NCBI GenBank assembly: GCA_041749595.1
Contig: JBGTBA010000064.1
Coordinates: 242-64,241 of the forward strand
DNA: 64,000 nt
Direction of reading: 5' to 3'
DNA from: Flavobacteriaceae bacterium
GTDB lineage: Bacteria > Bacteroidota > Bacteroidia > Flavobacteriales > Flavobacteriaceae
The stretch's first letter is position 1. Every line of letters begins with the position of its first letter. The notes beneath the pieces were generated by a model. It saw only the letters and a list, made by a program, of their open reading frames with translations. It made no database searches and had not been told where the DNA came from. Position numbers and translations under genes: made by a program. Below, piece by piece: positions 50,778-62,243 of this stretch.

Positions 50778-51956
50778 ATGGGATTTGGATCTAGAAGTGT
50801 ATGTATCTTAAGTGTTTCCCTACTCCTGTTATCTTGTAAAGGCAATGATGATGAAGGTGCCGTAGATAACCCATCGCCTCCCATTTCTGTTAAAATTGTA
50901 AACGCTTTTCCCGGATTAGGGTTTAATAAGCCATTCGATCTCCAAAGTCCAAAGGATGGTACGGACCGCATTTTTGTGGTGGAACAAAGCGGACTCATTA
51001 AGGTGTTTCCCAACCAACCGGATATAGGGGAGAGCACTTTTTTTCTCGATATTGAAAACAAGGTCGATGATACCGAAGGTGAAATGGGTTTGTTGGGGCT
51101 GGCCTTTTACCCGGAACATGGCTCCAATGGATACTTTTATGTGTATTACAATACTTCCAGGATCACTACCGTTGTTTCACGCTTTAAAGTTTCGGATACG
51201 GATGCCGATAGCGCAGACCCGAACAGCGAAGTCCTTTTGCTGCAAATTGCACAGCCGTTTACCAACCATAATGGCGGCCAATTGGCCTTTGGACCCGATG
51301 GGTTCCTGTATATTGCCATTGGTGATGGCGGTTCGGGTGGCGATCCACAGGGAAATGCGCAGAACCGCACCAACCTTCTTGGGACCATTCTTAGGATAGA
51401 TGTGGATAAAGCGGAAAATGGACTTAATTATGGAATTCCGATTGATAACCCTTTTGTGGACAGCACCGATTTTCGAAGGGAAATCTTTGCGTCCGGGCTT
51501 CGAAATCCTTGGCGTATAAGCTTTGATGTGCAAACGGGGCTTTTGTGGGCTGGCGATGTTGGTCAAGGCAAAATAGAAGAAATCGATGTCATTGAAAAAG
51601 GGGGCAACTACGGTTGGAACCTACTGGAGGGCACAGACTGTTTTCTGGGAAATGGGTGCAATACACCGGATTTGGCACCACCCGTATTTGAATATACCCA
51701 TGACAAAGGCGACCTATCCGTTACGGGGGGCTATGTGTATCGCGGAAATAAAGTGGCCCAATTACAGGGGCGTTACGTGTATGCCGATTTTGTTTCGGGG
51801 CGTATCTGGACCCTTGGCACTGACTTAAACGCCACACCCAATAATGAACTTCTCATGGATAGTGGATTGAATATTTCATCTTTTGGGACCGACGAAAACA
51901 ACGAACTTTTTATTTGTAGTTTTGATGGATCCATCTATCGATTTGAAGACGAGTAG
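50778..51956 (+). CDS. PQQ-dependent sugar dehydrogenase (GSDH family) lipoprotein
   Basis: LLSC, GLLGLAF, NHNGGQLAFGPDG, GDGG, GLRNPWR, GDVGQ, NYGW. Confidence 0.9.
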   Translation: MGFGSRSVCILSVSLLLLSCKGNDDEGAVDNPSPPISVKIVNAFPGLGFNKPFDLQSPKDGTDRIFVVEQSGLIKVFPNQPDIGESTFFLDIENKVDDTEGEMGLLGLAFYPEHGSNGYFYVYYNTSRITTVVSRFKVSDTDADSADPNSEVLLLQIAQPFTNHNGGQLAFGPDGFLYIAIGDGGSGGDPQGNAQNRTNLLGTILRIDVDKAENGLNYGIPIDNPFVDSTDFRREIFASGLRNPWRISFDVQTGLLWAGDVGQGKIEEIDVIEKGGNYGWNLLEGTDCFLGNGCNTPDLAPPVFEYTHDKGDLSVTGGYVYRGNKVAQLQGRYVYADFVSGRIWTLGTDLNATPNNELLMDSGLNISSFGTDENNELFICSFDGSIYRFEDE

Positions 51957-51962
51957 AAAAAA

Positions 51963-52262
51963 TTAATTTTTAGCAAAAAGGGTGTTCCCTTTTCTCAGAT
52001 ATTTTTTGTCGATATAAAAAGTGCCGAAAGGCAGGAGCGACGCTATGAACAAAATAAGGAACCGGTTAAAACCCCATTTTTTTTCCAGACAAAAAAGCAC
52101 GGATAGGATTACATAGACAATGAATAGAAAACCATGTAGGTATCCTATATAGATATTAGGCTCTTTAATGTTGCCCAGATATTTTAAGGGCATCCCCAAT
52201 CCAAAAAGCAATAAATAGGACACCCCTTCAAGAATGGCAATGATTCTGAACAACTTCAGCAT
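51963..52262 (-). CDS. DUF3817 membrane protein
   Basis: FRIIAILEGVSYL, HGFLF, ASLLPFGTF. Confidence 0.88.
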   Translation of the reverse strand: MLKLFRIIAILEGVSYLLLFGLGMPLKYLGNIKEPNIYIGYLHGFLFIVYVILSVLFCLEKKWGFNRFLILFIASLLPFGTFYIDKKYLRKGNTLFAKN

Positions 52263-52277
52263 AAAAAATTGTGGAAA

Positions 52278-53669
52278 TTACAAATGTATTACCTCTCCAT
52301 ATGCATCTGCAACGGCTTCCATAACCGCTTCGCTCATGGTGGGATGCGGGTGTACCGCTTTTAATATTTCGTGCCCGGTGGTTTCCAATTTACGTGCCAC
52401 TACGGCTTCCGCTATCATATCCGTAACCCCAACACCGATCATGTGGCACCCCAACCATTCGCCATATTTGGCATCGAATATTACTTTAACAAAGCCATCT
52501 GGATTACCGGATGCTTTTGCCTTTCCGCTTGCGGAGAACGGAAATTTACCCACTTTAACTTCGTATCCTTTTTCCTTGGCCTGCTTTTCGGTCAGCCCTA
52601 CAGAGGCAACTTCGGGCATGCAATATGTGCATCCCGGGATATTGCCATAATCCAATGGCTCTACGTGCAATCCTGCTATTTTTTCAACACAAAGAATGCC
52701 TTCAGCGGAAGCTACGTGGGCCAGTGCCTGACCGGGGGTTACATCGCCTATGGCGTAGTACCCTGGAATATTGGTCTCATAAAAACCATTTACTAAAATC
52801 TTATCCCTATCCACGGCAATGCCTACTTCTTCCAGACCTATATTTTCGATATTTGATTTTATCCCTACGGCGGATAACACAATATCGGCTTCTAAAAATT
52901 CTTCGCCTTTTTCGGTTTTTACCGTCACTTTTACCCCATCTCCTGAAGTATCCACTTTTGTCACCTCTGAAGATGTCATTATTTTAATACCTGATTTTTT
53001 GAAACTGCGCTCCAATTGTTTAGATACGTCCTCGTCTTCAACAGGTACAATATTGGGCAAGTATTCCACGACGGTAACTTCGGTGCCCATGGCATTGTAG
53101 AAATAGGCAAACTCTATTCCGATAGCTCCGCTACCCACTACAATTAATTTTTTCGGTTGTTTTTCCAAAGTCATGGCTTTGCGGTAACCTATTATTTTTT
53201 TTCCATCTTGGGGCAAGTTTGGCAACTCCCTGCTTCGGGCTCCCGTTGCTATTATGATATGGTTTGCACTATATTCGGTTTCTTTACCATCTTCGGTTTT
53301 TACGGACACTTTTTTTTCCGGACGTAAGGTTCCATAGCCGTTAATAACCTCTATTTTGTTTTTTTTCATTAAAAACTGCACTCCTTTGCTCATGCCGTCG
53401 GCCACATTTCTGCTACGTTTTACAACGGCATCAAAATCCTTGTCAACACCTTCCGCTTTTAAGCCATAGTCTCCGGCATGTTGTAAATATTCAAAAACTT
53501 GCGCCGATTTTAATAATGCCTTGGTAGGAATACATCCCCAATTGAGGCAAACACCGCCTAAACTTTCCTTTTCTATGATGGCTGTTTTAAATCCCAATCG
53601 AGAGGCTCTAATGGCAGTTACATATCCTCCTGGCCCACTACCTAAAACAATAATATCGAAAGTGCTCAT
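52278..53669 (-). CDS. lpdA: Dihydrolipoamide dehydrogenase
   Basis: GSGPGG, GGVCLNWGCIPTK, HPHPTMSE. Confidence 0.97.
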   Translation of the reverse strand: MSTFDIIVLGSGPGGYVTAIRASRLGFKTAIIEKESLGGVCLNWGCIPTKALLKSAQVFEYLQHAGDYGLKAEGVDKDFDAVVKRSRNVADGMSKGVQFLMKKNKIEVINGYGTLRPEKKVSVKTEDGKETEYSANHIIIATGARSRELPNLPQDGKKIIGYRKAMTLEKQPKKLIVVGSGAIGIEFAYFYNAMGTEVTVVEYLPNIVPVEDEDVSKQLERSFKKSGIKIMTSSEVTKVDTSGDGVKVTVKTEKGEEFLEADIVLSAVGIKSNIENIGLEEVGIAVDRDKILVNGFYETNIPGYYAIGDVTPGQALAHVASAEGILCVEKIAGLHVEPLDYGNIPGCTYCMPEVASVGLTEKQAKEKGYEVKVGKFPFSASGKAKASGNPDGFVKVIFDAKYGEWLGCHMIGVGVTDMIAEAVVARKLETTGHEILKAVHPHPTMSEAVMEAVADAYGEVIHL

Positions 53670-53888
53670 ATTTTTACTTTTTTTTGATATTTCAAAATGA
53701 GGAGCAAAAATACAAAACCAAACGGAAAGGGAATAGTAGTAATTGAAATTAAAAAGAATCCCTTTTACAAGTCTATAGAATATGAAGTAGTTAAGTCGCT
53801 TTTTTTAAAGTACCTCCCTTTTTTATAATGCAATAAAGCACAGCTTATAAAGATGCGGGCATGTTGTGCTCCAATACTATTTTAGGAA

Positions 53889-54389
53889 TTACTTTGCGGC
53901 AACAAATTTAAGTGCGGCCCCATTGATACAATGCCTTTTCCCTGTGGTATTTCTTGGTCCGTCGTCAAAAACATGGCCTAAATGTCCGCCACAGGTGGCG
54001 CAATGTTCCTCGATTCGTTGGTAGCCTATTTCATAATCTACATCATAGCTTACATTTCCCTTTATTTCCCGGTCAAAACTTGGCCATCCTGTGCCCGAAT
54101 CAAATTTATGTTCACTTTTAAAAAGTTCGGTACCACAACCGGCACACGCATAGACCCCTTTTTCTTTAATTTCCAGCAAATCACTGGTAAAAGGATTTTC
54201 TGTCCCCGCTTTTCGCAGCACATAAAACTGCATATCCGTCAGTTGTTTTCTCCAATTTTCTTCCGTTTTGGAGACTTTAAAGGTCTCTTGTTCTTTCTTG
54301 TCCTTTGTTAGGGGTTCTATTTTTTCCTGGGAAATTCCTTGGCAACCGGTCAAAAGAATAAGAAGGACAATCATGGTCCTATGTATCAT
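53889..54389 (-). CDS. msrB: Peptide-methionine (R)-S-oxide reductase, lipoprotein
   Basis: GTENPF, CAGC, KFDSGTGWPSF, CATC, HLGHVFDDGP, RHCING; LTGC lipobox. Confidence 0.95.
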   Translation of the reverse strand: MIHRTMIVLLILLTGCQGISQEKIEPLTKDKKEQETFKVSKTEENWRKQLTDMQFYVLRKAGTENPFTSDLLEIKEKGVYACAGCGTELFKSEHKFDSGTGWPSFDREIKGNVSYDVDYEIGYQRIEEHCATCGGHLGHVFDDGPRNTTGKRHCINGAALKFVAAK

Positions 54390-54477
54390 GGGTTCTATTT
54401 TTGGATCCTACTTTTGTTCTTGGTACATTTTTATCGCAATTAGAAGAGCGCATTATGTTAATTCTAAAAAATAGCTT

Positions 54478-54510
54478 AAAAGGGCTCCCCATTTTGGAAA
54501 GGGAGCCTTT
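54478..54510 (-). terminator. Intrinsic terminator after the collagen-like gene
   Basis: aagggctccc...gggagccttt stem. Confidence 0.6.
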
Positions 54511-54531
54511 ATTGTTTTGCAAAAAACGCAA

Positions 54532-55086
54532 TTAATTCAGTTTTAGGGATTTTATATCTTTTTCCCGCACATTTAAGGATTGCATAATTGCACTTAGGTT
54601 TGTTCTGTCCATTTTCCCTGCTGCAAAATCCGCAGGTATCACGGCGATCCTAAACACTTGATTCTGGGTATCTCCCGGAAGTAGCGTGCCTAGATCAAAA
54701 TCAGACTCCAGGAAAATAGTAACATCCAAAAAGGTATGGTCATAATTATATTGCAATAGACCTTGATCCAATATTCTTGTCTGTGGAAGCAATCTCCATA
54801 TATCCACTGGATCACCATTGCTGTCTTGGGTCTGATCGAACAATAGAAAGACCAGCACAACGTCAGATTCAAATACCTCGACGGTTTGCGGAAATTCAAA
54901 AGAAAGGGAATAATTGTTTTGCGGGGTGAAACTTCCCTGAATTTCCAAGACTTGCCCCAAAATATTCGTGCCATCCTGTCCGTCCAACCCATCTCGTCCC
55001 GGAGGCCCAGGAGGCCCATCCGAGCCATCACAGGCCATTAGAAATAAGGTCAAAAAAGTTCCCATTATCAAAGCTGTTTTTTTCAT
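54532..55086 (-). CDS. Lipoprotein with short collagen-like Gly-X-Y stretch
   Basis: LMAC lipobox followed by GSDGPPGPPGRDGLDGQDG. Confidence 0.8.
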   Translation of the reverse strand: MKKTALIMGTFLTLFLMACDGSDGPPGPPGRDGLDGQDGTNILGQVLEIQGSFTPQNNYSLSFEFPQTVEVFESDVVLVFLLFDQTQDSNGDPVDIWRLLPQTRILDQGLLQYNYDHTFLDVTIFLESDFDLGTLLPGDTQNQVFRIAVIPADFAAGKMDRTNLSAIMQSLNVREKDIKSLKLN

Positions 55087-55340
55087 GATTTTTAAATTAA
55101 AGGTTTGTAAATTTAGTGAAAAGGACCTGTTCTTTCCCAGTGCTTTTCAAAAAGCGTTCCATTTTTATTCATTAGTCCCCAAATTCTGTTTAAATGAACT
55201 TTATTAGGTCGTTTAAAAGATGCCTTTTAGCTAATAACCACCCACTACAACGATATAGTTAAAAATTGGTGCAGATAACACTTTCTTATTACAGGCTAAA
55301 GTCTTTTTTTTGTTGTACAATTACTATAACCAAAATACCT

Positions 55341-57740
55341 ATGATTACCAATACCGAATTAGAATATAAAGGAAATCTCTACCCAAACAATATTGTAGAC
55401 TATAAAAAGGATACGGATAGGCTCTATTTTACAACGAATAATGGGGTTATCCTGGAATTGACCATACTTCACGACAATGCATTACGCTTTAGGTATGCCA
55501 CTGAAAGCCTTTTTGAACCGGACTTTTCCTATGCGATAAGCGATGATGCCAGTAATGGATTTAACCACTTAGGGGTAATTGAGACCGGAACCGAATTTTG
55601 GGTCGAAACCGAGAAACTGAAAGTACTTATTGATAAGAAGACGCTGCGGGTACAGATTTCGGATTTGGAGGGCAATATTATCAATGAGGACGAGTTGGGC
55701 TTCCATTGGGAAGAAAATTATGAATACGGTGGGAATACCGTTAAAATGAGCAAGATTACCCAATCCGCAGAGAGTTTCTATGCCATGGGGGATAAGGCAA
55801 CCCACTCCAATCTAAAAGGAAAACGCGTAAACAATTGGGCAACGGACCAGTACGCTTTCGGAAAGGACCAAGAACCACTGTACAAGGCCATACCCTTCTA
55901 TGTAGGCCTGCACAACAATATGGCCTATGGTATTTTCTTTGATAACACCTTTAGGTCTTATTTTGATTTTTCGCACGAAAGGCGCAATGTTACCAGTTTT
56001 TGGGCAGAAGGAGGGGAAATGAACTATTATTTCTTTTATGGACCAAAAATGCCCCAAGTGGTAAAGGCATATACCGATCTAACAGGTAAGCCAGAACTAC
56101 CCCCCCTGTGGGTCCTGGGTTTCCACCAATCCAAATGGAGTTATTATCCGGAGAGCAGGGTTAAGGAAATAGCAAACACTTTCCGAAAATTGAAGATTCC
56201 CTGTGATGGTATTTATCTCGATATAGATTATATGGAAGGGTTTAGGTGTTTTACATGGAACCACAGCTATTTTCCCAATCCAAAAAAAATGGTCAAGGAA
56301 TTAAATGATAAAGGATTTAAAACCGTGGCGATAATAGACCCGGGAATTAAGGTGGACAATGAATATTGGGTGTACCAACAGGCTAAAGACAATCATTTTT
56401 TCTGTCAAAGGGGGGATGGTCCCCATATGAGGGGCAAAGTATGGCCGGGAGAATGCAATTTTCCCGATTTTACAAATCCAAAAGTAAGGGAGTGGTGGGC
56501 AGGCCTTTATAAAGAATTAATCGCAGAGATAGGGATCAGAGGGGTATGGAACGATATGAACGAACCGGCGGTAATGGAAGTGCCCACAAAGACCTTTCCG
56601 CTGGATGTTAGGCATGATTACGACGGCCATCCATGCAGCCATAGAAAAGCGCACAACATTTATGGCATGCAAATGGCAAGGGCCACCTATGAGGGGGTAA
56701 AGAAATTTGTATACCCAAAACGTCCTTTTGTCATTACACGTTCAGCCTATTCCGGTGCCCAAAGATACACTTCCACATGGACGGGGGATAATGTGGCCAC
56801 GTGGGAACATTTATGGATAGCGAACGTACAGGTACAACGTATGTGCATGAGCGGTATGTCTTTTGTAGGCTCGGATATTGGGGGTTTTGCAGAACAGCCA
56901 AATGGGGAATTGTTTGCCAGATGGATCCAATTGGGGGTTTTTCACCCATTTTGTCGGGTGCATTCCAGTGGTGACCACGGAGATCAGGAGCCATGGTCCT
57001 TTGATGACGAAGTAACAGATATCGTTAGAAAATTCATAGAGTTAAGGTATCAATTGCTGCCCTATCTATATACCATGTATTATAAGTATACCAAGGAAGG
57101 AAACCCTATGATACAGGCTTTGGTATACTATGACCAGGAGGATACGCAAACCCATTTTAGGACGGACGAATTTATTTTTGGGGAACAAATTTTGGTCTGC
57201 CCCGTACAAGAACCCAATGCAAAAGGCAGAAGAATGTATATACCCCGAGGCAGATGGTATAATTTTTGGAACGGTGAGGTTGTGCAGGGAGGTATGGAGA
57301 AATGGGTTGTGGCAGACATTGATAAAATTCCGTTATTTATAAAAGAAGGGGCCATTATTCCAAAATACCCCATACAACAATATGTGGGAGAGATAGATAT
57401 TACAGAACTCATATTGGACGTTTATTTTAAAATTGGAATTGAAAACTCCACGGTTTATGAAGATGGCCAGGATGGATACGATTATAAAAAGGGGCAGTAT
57501 AGCCTACGTAACTTTAAATTGAGGGGGAAGGAAAACGAACTTATTATACAACAATTTAAAGACGGAACGTTCACAACTTCATACAGCAAGTTTAAACTTA
57601 GGTTGCACGGACTGCCATTTAAGATAAAAAGTATAGAACTGGACAACGAAAAAGCGACTTTTGGAGAAGTTAAGCTAAATGGCAATAACAGTATTGAGGT
57701 AGCTAAAGATTTTACTGTATTGCACATTACCGGAAAGTGA
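55341..57740 (+). CDS. Glycoside hydrolase family 31 alpha-glucosidase
   Basis: LDIDY, IIDPG, WNDMNEP nucleophile, WTGDN, GSDIGGF. Confidence 0.95.
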   Translation: MITNTELEYKGNLYPNNIVDYKKDTDRLYFTTNNGVILELTILHDNALRFRYATESLFEPDFSYAISDDASNGFNHLGVIETGTEFWVETEKLKVLIDKKTLRVQISDLEGNIINEDELGFHWEENYEYGGNTVKMSKITQSAESFYAMGDKATHSNLKGKRVNNWATDQYAFGKDQEPLYKAIPFYVGLHNNMAYGIFFDNTFRSYFDFSHERRNVTSFWAEGGEMNYYFFYGPKMPQVVKAYTDLTGKPELPPLWVLGFHQSKWSYYPESRVKEIANTFRKLKIPCDGIYLDIDYMEGFRCFTWNHSYFPNPKKMVKELNDKGFKTVAIIDPGIKVDNEYWVYQQAKDNHFFCQRGDGPHMRGKVWPGECNFPDFTNPKVREWWAGLYKELIAEIGIRGVWNDMNEPAVMEVPTKTFPLDVRHDYDGHPCSHRKAHNIYGMQMARATYEGVKKFVYPKRPFVITRSAYSGAQRYTSTWTGDNVATWEHLWIANVQVQRMCMSGMSFVGSDIGGFAEQPNGELFARWIQLGVFHPFCRVHSSGDHGDQEPWSFDDEVTDIVRKFIELRYQLLPYLYTMYYKYTKEGNPMIQALVYYDQEDTQTHFRTDEFIFGEQILVCPVQEPNAKGRRMYIPRGRWYNFWNGEVVQGGMEKWVVADIDKIPLFIKEGAIIPKYPIQQYVGEIDITELILDVYFKIGIENSTVYEDGQDGYDYKKGQYSLRNFKLRGKENELIIQQFKDGTFTTSYSKFKLRLHGLPFKIKSIELDNEKATFGEVKLNGNNSIEVAKDFTVLHITGK

Positions 57741-57780
57741 TTTTTTTTGTAATTTCCAATATTAATAAAAACTAAGGAAA

Positions 57781-58590
57781 ATGAAGAAAACCATATTGAT
57801 ACTAGCTGTTTTTATTGGCACGGCGGCCTGTAAAACAAACCCGTTCACGGGGCAAAGCACGTTGAATTTTTACCCGAACAGCCAAATATTTCCATCGTCT
57901 TTTGCACAATATGACCAGTTTTTAGGCGAAAATAAAGTGGTTACCGGCACTTCAGATGCCCAAATGATCGCCAGGGTAGGGCAACGCATAGCCACAGCCG
58001 CAGAACGTTGGCTCAGTGCCAATGGTTATCCAGGCTACCTAAAAGACTATAAGTGGGAATATAATCTGGTCGATGACAAAACCGTGAATGCTTGGGCAAT
58101 GCCTGGGGGTAAAATTGTTTTTTATACCGGAATACTTCCTATTTGTAAGGGAGAAACAGGTGTGGCGGTGGTTATGGGACATGAAGTTGCCCATGCATTG
58201 GCAGACCATGGCGCACAGAGAATGAGTGCGGGCACACTTCAACAATTGGGAGCTGTTGCAGGTAATGTTGCCATTAAAGACCCCGCTACTTTAAATATTT
58301 TCAATCAGGCCTATGGTATAGGTTCCCAGGTGGGGGTTATGCTCCCTTTTAGCAGAAGCCATGAGACGGAGGCAGATAGAATAGGTCTCCAGATCATGGC
58401 CATTGCGGGTTATAATCCGGATGAGGCCGCGGAATTATGGAAGCGGATGAGTGCCAATAGTGGCGGCCAGGCCTCTCCCGAATTTATGAGCACCCACCCT
58501 TCCAATGAAACAAGGATAAGCAATCTTACGGCTTGGGCACCTACTGCAAAACAAGAAGCGGCCAAATTTGGGGTTACTACTTTTAAGTAA
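57781..58590 (+). CDS. M48 family metallopeptidase lipoprotein
   Basis: TAAC, NAWAMPGG, HEVAH, ETEAD, STHP. Confidence 0.93.
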   Translation: MKKTILILAVFIGTAACKTNPFTGQSTLNFYPNSQIFPSSFAQYDQFLGENKVVTGTSDAQMIARVGQRIATAAERWLSANGYPGYLKDYKWEYNLVDDKTVNAWAMPGGKIVFYTGILPICKGETGVAVVMGHEVAHALADHGAQRMSAGTLQQLGAVAGNVAIKDPATLNIFNQAYGIGSQVGVMLPFSRSHETEADRIGLQIMAIAGYNPDEAAELWKRMSANSGGQASPEFMSTHPSNETRISNLTAWAPTAKQEAAKFGVTTFK

Positions 58591-58618
58591 TGGTAAATAA
58601 AGTATTTTAAATAGGTAT

Positions 58619-58646
58619 AAAGGCTGTTCTTTACATGAACAGCTTT
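58619..58646 (+). terminator. Putative terminator hairpin after the M48 gene
   Basis: aaggctgttc/gaacagcttt stem. Confidence 0.5.
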
Positions 58647-58658
58647 AATTTTTAATAT

Positions 58659-59987
58659 ATGGCACAGCATCCGCCAATTAAGGGCAGCAAAAAACTATTG
58701 AACGCCTGGGCGTTTTACGATTGGGCCAATTCTGTCTATAGTTTGGTCATTTCCTCAGCAATCTTCCCCATTTTCTATGGGGCACTCTTTCGGGTTTCCG
58801 AAATTGAAAAAGTAACTGTTTTTGGCGGTGAAATTGCCAGAGCGCCACTCATAAGCTATACAACATCACTTGCTTTTGTCTTTATTGCCATAATAACGCC
58901 TTTGTTGTCGGGAGTGGCCGATTATATGGGCAATAAGAGAATGTTCATGAAGTTCTTTTGCTACCTCGGGGGTCTTTCCTGTATCGGGTTGTATTGGTTT
59001 TCCCTGGAACACATTTATTTCGGGCTTGGCTGTTATTTTTTTGGACTGGTCGGATTTTGGGTGAGCTTTGCCATCAATAATTCCTATTTGCCTGATGTGG
59101 CCTTTCCGGAACAGCAGGACCGCATCAGTGCCAAAGGATTTTCCATGGGTTATGTTGGCAGTGTTATTTTGCTGCTCCTTAATTTGGGGATGGTTATGTA
59201 TCCAAATCTTTTTGGTATCACTTCCAATGATGATGGAATTGCCGAAATCAAGGCGATGAAATATTCATTCATTACCGTTGGTATCTGGTGGATAATTTTT
59301 AGCCAATACACTTTTTTTAATTTGCCAAAGGGAAACAAGAGAGAAGGCCCGAAAGAGCATGTTATTTTAAATGGATTCCGGGAACTGAAAAAAGTATGGC
59401 ACCAATTGGGCTCCGAGATAAAACTGAAGCGCTATTTGGGGGCCTTCTTTGTGTATAGCATGGCCGTGCAAACCGTAATGCTCATTGCTACCTACTTTGG
59501 AGAAGAGGAAATTATGTGGGGCTCGGGTAATCAAAGAACCTTTGGTTTAATTGTAAGTATCTTAGTGATTCAGCTTGTAGCCATTCTTGGGGCTACCTTA
59601 ACGGCAAAAGCCTCCTCTGTTTTTGGAAACTTGAGGACATTGATTGTTATAAACGTCTTATGGGTAGCCATTTGCGTTTATGCTTATTTTGTGATCACCC
59701 CAATGGATTTTTATATTGCGGCCGGCTGTGTGGGAATTGTAATGGGTGGCATCCAGGCATTGTCCCGATCTACCTATTCTAAATTTATCCCAAAAACGAT
59801 CGATACCACCTCGTTTTTCAGTTTTTACGATGTTTCGGAAAAAATAGGGATCGTCATAGGTACTTTTATGTACGGTTTTATTGCGCAACTTACGGGAAGT
59901 ATGCGCAATGCCACCCTGTTTTTGGCCTTGTTCTTTATTGTTGGTGCATTTTTATTGACGCGGGTCAATAAAAATATACTAAGATAA
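58659..59987 (+). CDS. MFS transporter (UMF1/Atg22-like)
   Basis: AWAFYDWANS, NSYLP, GGIQALSRS, SFFSFY. Confidence 0.9.
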   Translation: MAQHPPIKGSKKLLNAWAFYDWANSVYSLVISSAIFPIFYGALFRVSEIEKVTVFGGEIARAPLISYTTSLAFVFIAIITPLLSGVADYMGNKRMFMKFFCYLGGLSCIGLYWFSLEHIYFGLGCYFFGLVGFWVSFAINNSYLPDVAFPEQQDRISAKGFSMGYVGSVILLLLNLGMVMYPNLFGITSNDDGIAEIKAMKYSFITVGIWWIIFSQYTFFNLPKGNKREGPKEHVILNGFRELKKVWHQLGSEIKLKRYLGAFFVYSMAVQTVMLIATYFGEEEIMWGSGNQRTFGLIVSILVIQLVAILGATLTAKASSVFGNLRTLIVINVLWVAICVYAYFVITPMDFYIAAGCVGIVMGGIQALSRSTYSKFIPKTIDTTSFFSFYDVSEKIGIVIGTFMYGFIAQLTGSMRNATLFLALFFIVGAFLLTRVNKNILR

Positions 59988-60068
59988 TGTTGTCCAAAAA
60001 TATATAATCATGTACTCCAGCGTTTGTGCACAAGCAGTGGCAGGGCTTGGATAATCTTTGTACTGGTT

Positions 60069-60637
60069 TTACCAAAAGCCACTCATTATTTCTTTGAAAG
60101 ACCTTTGGATAATTGGTTTGATGTAACTTTCGTGCTTACTTGGAATTTTATTGTTCACAATGTGTTCATGCGCATTGTCATTTTCAATTAAAGCGCAATG
60201 ATCAAGTATCGCCGTTTGTAATTCCCGTTTTAAGAACGGTATTTGATTGGATTGGCTGATAGTTTCCAGGGCATTTTTATTGGGTCTAAACGAGTACTCC
60301 ATATTAATTTACTCAAATATTTTGTTGTTTTGTCGTCAATAGGCATAAGAATCTTTATTTGGCCCATCAGGAAATCCGAATAACGAAAACCCCCTGTCAT
60401 GGTTTGTTGCAATTGTATTAATTGAACCTGATCTTCGATTAAATTTTGCTTAAGGATTATCAAACGTTCACCGATCGAATCATTGACCTTACTTTTTTCA
60501 CTCCAAGTATTGATTTGCAATGCAATCAAAACACCAATGAACACAGGCAGTATCGAGCCTATGGAGTATTTGGTGTAGTTCATGGTATTACCTTCGGTGA
60601 TAGATTTTTCACGGATATTTTTAAAGAATTTTATCAT
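60069..60637 (-). pseudogene. Frameshifted DUF6090-type gene
   Basis: N-terminus MIKFFKNIRE...KYSIGSI..VFIGVLIALQINTW; coding continues in another frame from ~60302 (EYSFRPNKNALE). Confidence 0.65.
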
Positions 60638-60660
60638 TAATTAATGGTTGGTCATTAATG

Positions 60661-61887
60661 TTAAGAATAAGTAGCCGTAAGTTCGCAAATCTTTACGATC
60701 ACTTCAATGGCTTTTTGCATGCTTTCCACAGGGACGTATTCGTATTTTCCGTGGAAATTATGGCCTCCGGCAAAAATATTGGGACAAGGGAGTCCCTTAA
60801 AACTAAGTTGTGAGCCATCTGTGCCGCCGCGAATGGGCTTTATGATGGGCTTTACGTCTACCGCTTCCATCGCTTTTTTGGCAATTTCCACAATGTGCAT
60901 TACCGGGGTTATTTTTTCTTTCATGTTGAAATATTGGTCCTCTATTTCCATCGTTGTGCAATTTGGGTGGGTTGTGTTCAGTTTTGCCACTATTTTTATC
61001 AGCAATTGTTTTCGCTCCTGAAATTTATCCCAATCATGATCCCTAATGATGAGCTCTATTTGGGCATGTTCTATTTCCCCCGAGATATGGTGCACATGGA
61101 AAAAACCTGCCCGCCCCGAGGTGCGCTCGGGAACTTCGTTTTTGGGCAGTAGTTGCATAAATTCTTGGGCAAAACCTATGGCATTCACCATTTTGCCTTT
61201 GGCATAGCCAGGATGCACGCTTTTGCCCGTAAAGATAATTTTGGCTTTGGCGGCATTAAAGTTTTCATATTCCAATTCCCCAATTTGGCTGCCATCCACG
61301 GTATAGGCCCAATCTGCCCCAAATTTTTCCACATCAAATTTATGGGCACCACGGCCAATTTCCTCATCGGGCGTAAAACCTACACGAACTTTGCCGTGCT
61401 TAATTTCAGGGTGTTGTATTATATATTCCATTGCAGATACAATTGCGGTAATGCCGGCTTTATCATCGGCACCGAGCAAGGTGGTACCGTCTGTGGTAAT
61501 AAGGGTTTGCCCCTTGTAGAGCAGCAGATCCTCAAAATAATCGGGAGATAATACAATGTTCTCCTCTTTGTTCAACACAATATCTTTTCCATCATAATTT
61601 TCAATGATTTGAGGTTTGACTTTAGTAGCCGTGAAATCGGGAGAGGTATCAAAATGGGAGATAAACCCGATGGTGGAGACCTCTTTTTCCAAATTCCCGG
61701 GCAAGGTGGCCATAATGTAGGCGTTACTGTCTATAGTGACTTCCTGCATGCCGATTTGTTGCAATTCTTCTACAAGTTTTTGGGCCAGTTTCCATTGTTT
61801 TTCCGTGCTTGGTGTGGTATTGGAATTCGGGTCGCTCTGGGTATCAATGGCAACGTAACTTATAAATCGGTCTATCAGGTACTGCAT
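60661..61887 (-). CDS. pepT: Peptidase T
   Basis: [39 protein letters not shown]. Confidence 0.97.
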   Translation of the reverse strand: MQYLIDRFISYVAIDTQSDPNSNTTPSTEKQWKLAQKLVEELQQIGMQEVTIDSNAYIMATLPGNLEKEVSTIGFISHFDTSPDFTATKVKPQIIENYDGKDIVLNKEENIVLSPDYFEDLLLYKGQTLITTDGTTLLGADDKAGITAIVSAMEYIIQHPEIKHGKVRVGFTPDEEIGRGAHKFDVEKFGADWAYTVDGSQIGELEYENFNAAKAKIIFTGKSVHPGYAKGKMVNAIGFAQEFMQLLPKNEVPERTSGRAGFFHVHHISGEIEHAQIELIIRDHDWDKFQERKQLLIKIVAKLNTTHPNCTTMEIEDQYFNMKEKITPVMHIVEIAKKAMEAVDVKPIIKPIRGGTDGSQLSFKGLPCPNIFAGGHNFHGKYEYVPVESMQKAIEVIVKICELTATYS

Positions 61888-62243
61888 GGATTTTAGTTTT
61901 GCCCAAAAATACAATATTGCTTATTTACGAGGGCTAAATTTTAACTGGTACTCCTTTGCGTTAAGGATTGAAACCCTTCGACTTAAGGATAAATTCATTC
62001 TTTTTTGGGTTTTTCCATCAAAATAAGATTGCAACGGAAATCCTGACACTTGTGGTATCGCATAAATAGCGATCATTTATGTGACTTATAGATTAGCCTT
62101 TGCAACAAGGCCATCTTTCATAATATATAGGCCATTTCAACTGGGATGGAAATAAAATTTGCTGCCCTTTTTCCTTTGGCACATACTATTCGTTTAAAAA
62201 TGGGGTTTGTATCTTAGCGTTATAAAACAAAATCAAAAAAGTT

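Noticed and set aside
61920-62240. Possible pseudogene between pepT and the hypothetical gene
   Set aside because: Multiple stops in all frames and no identifiable motif.
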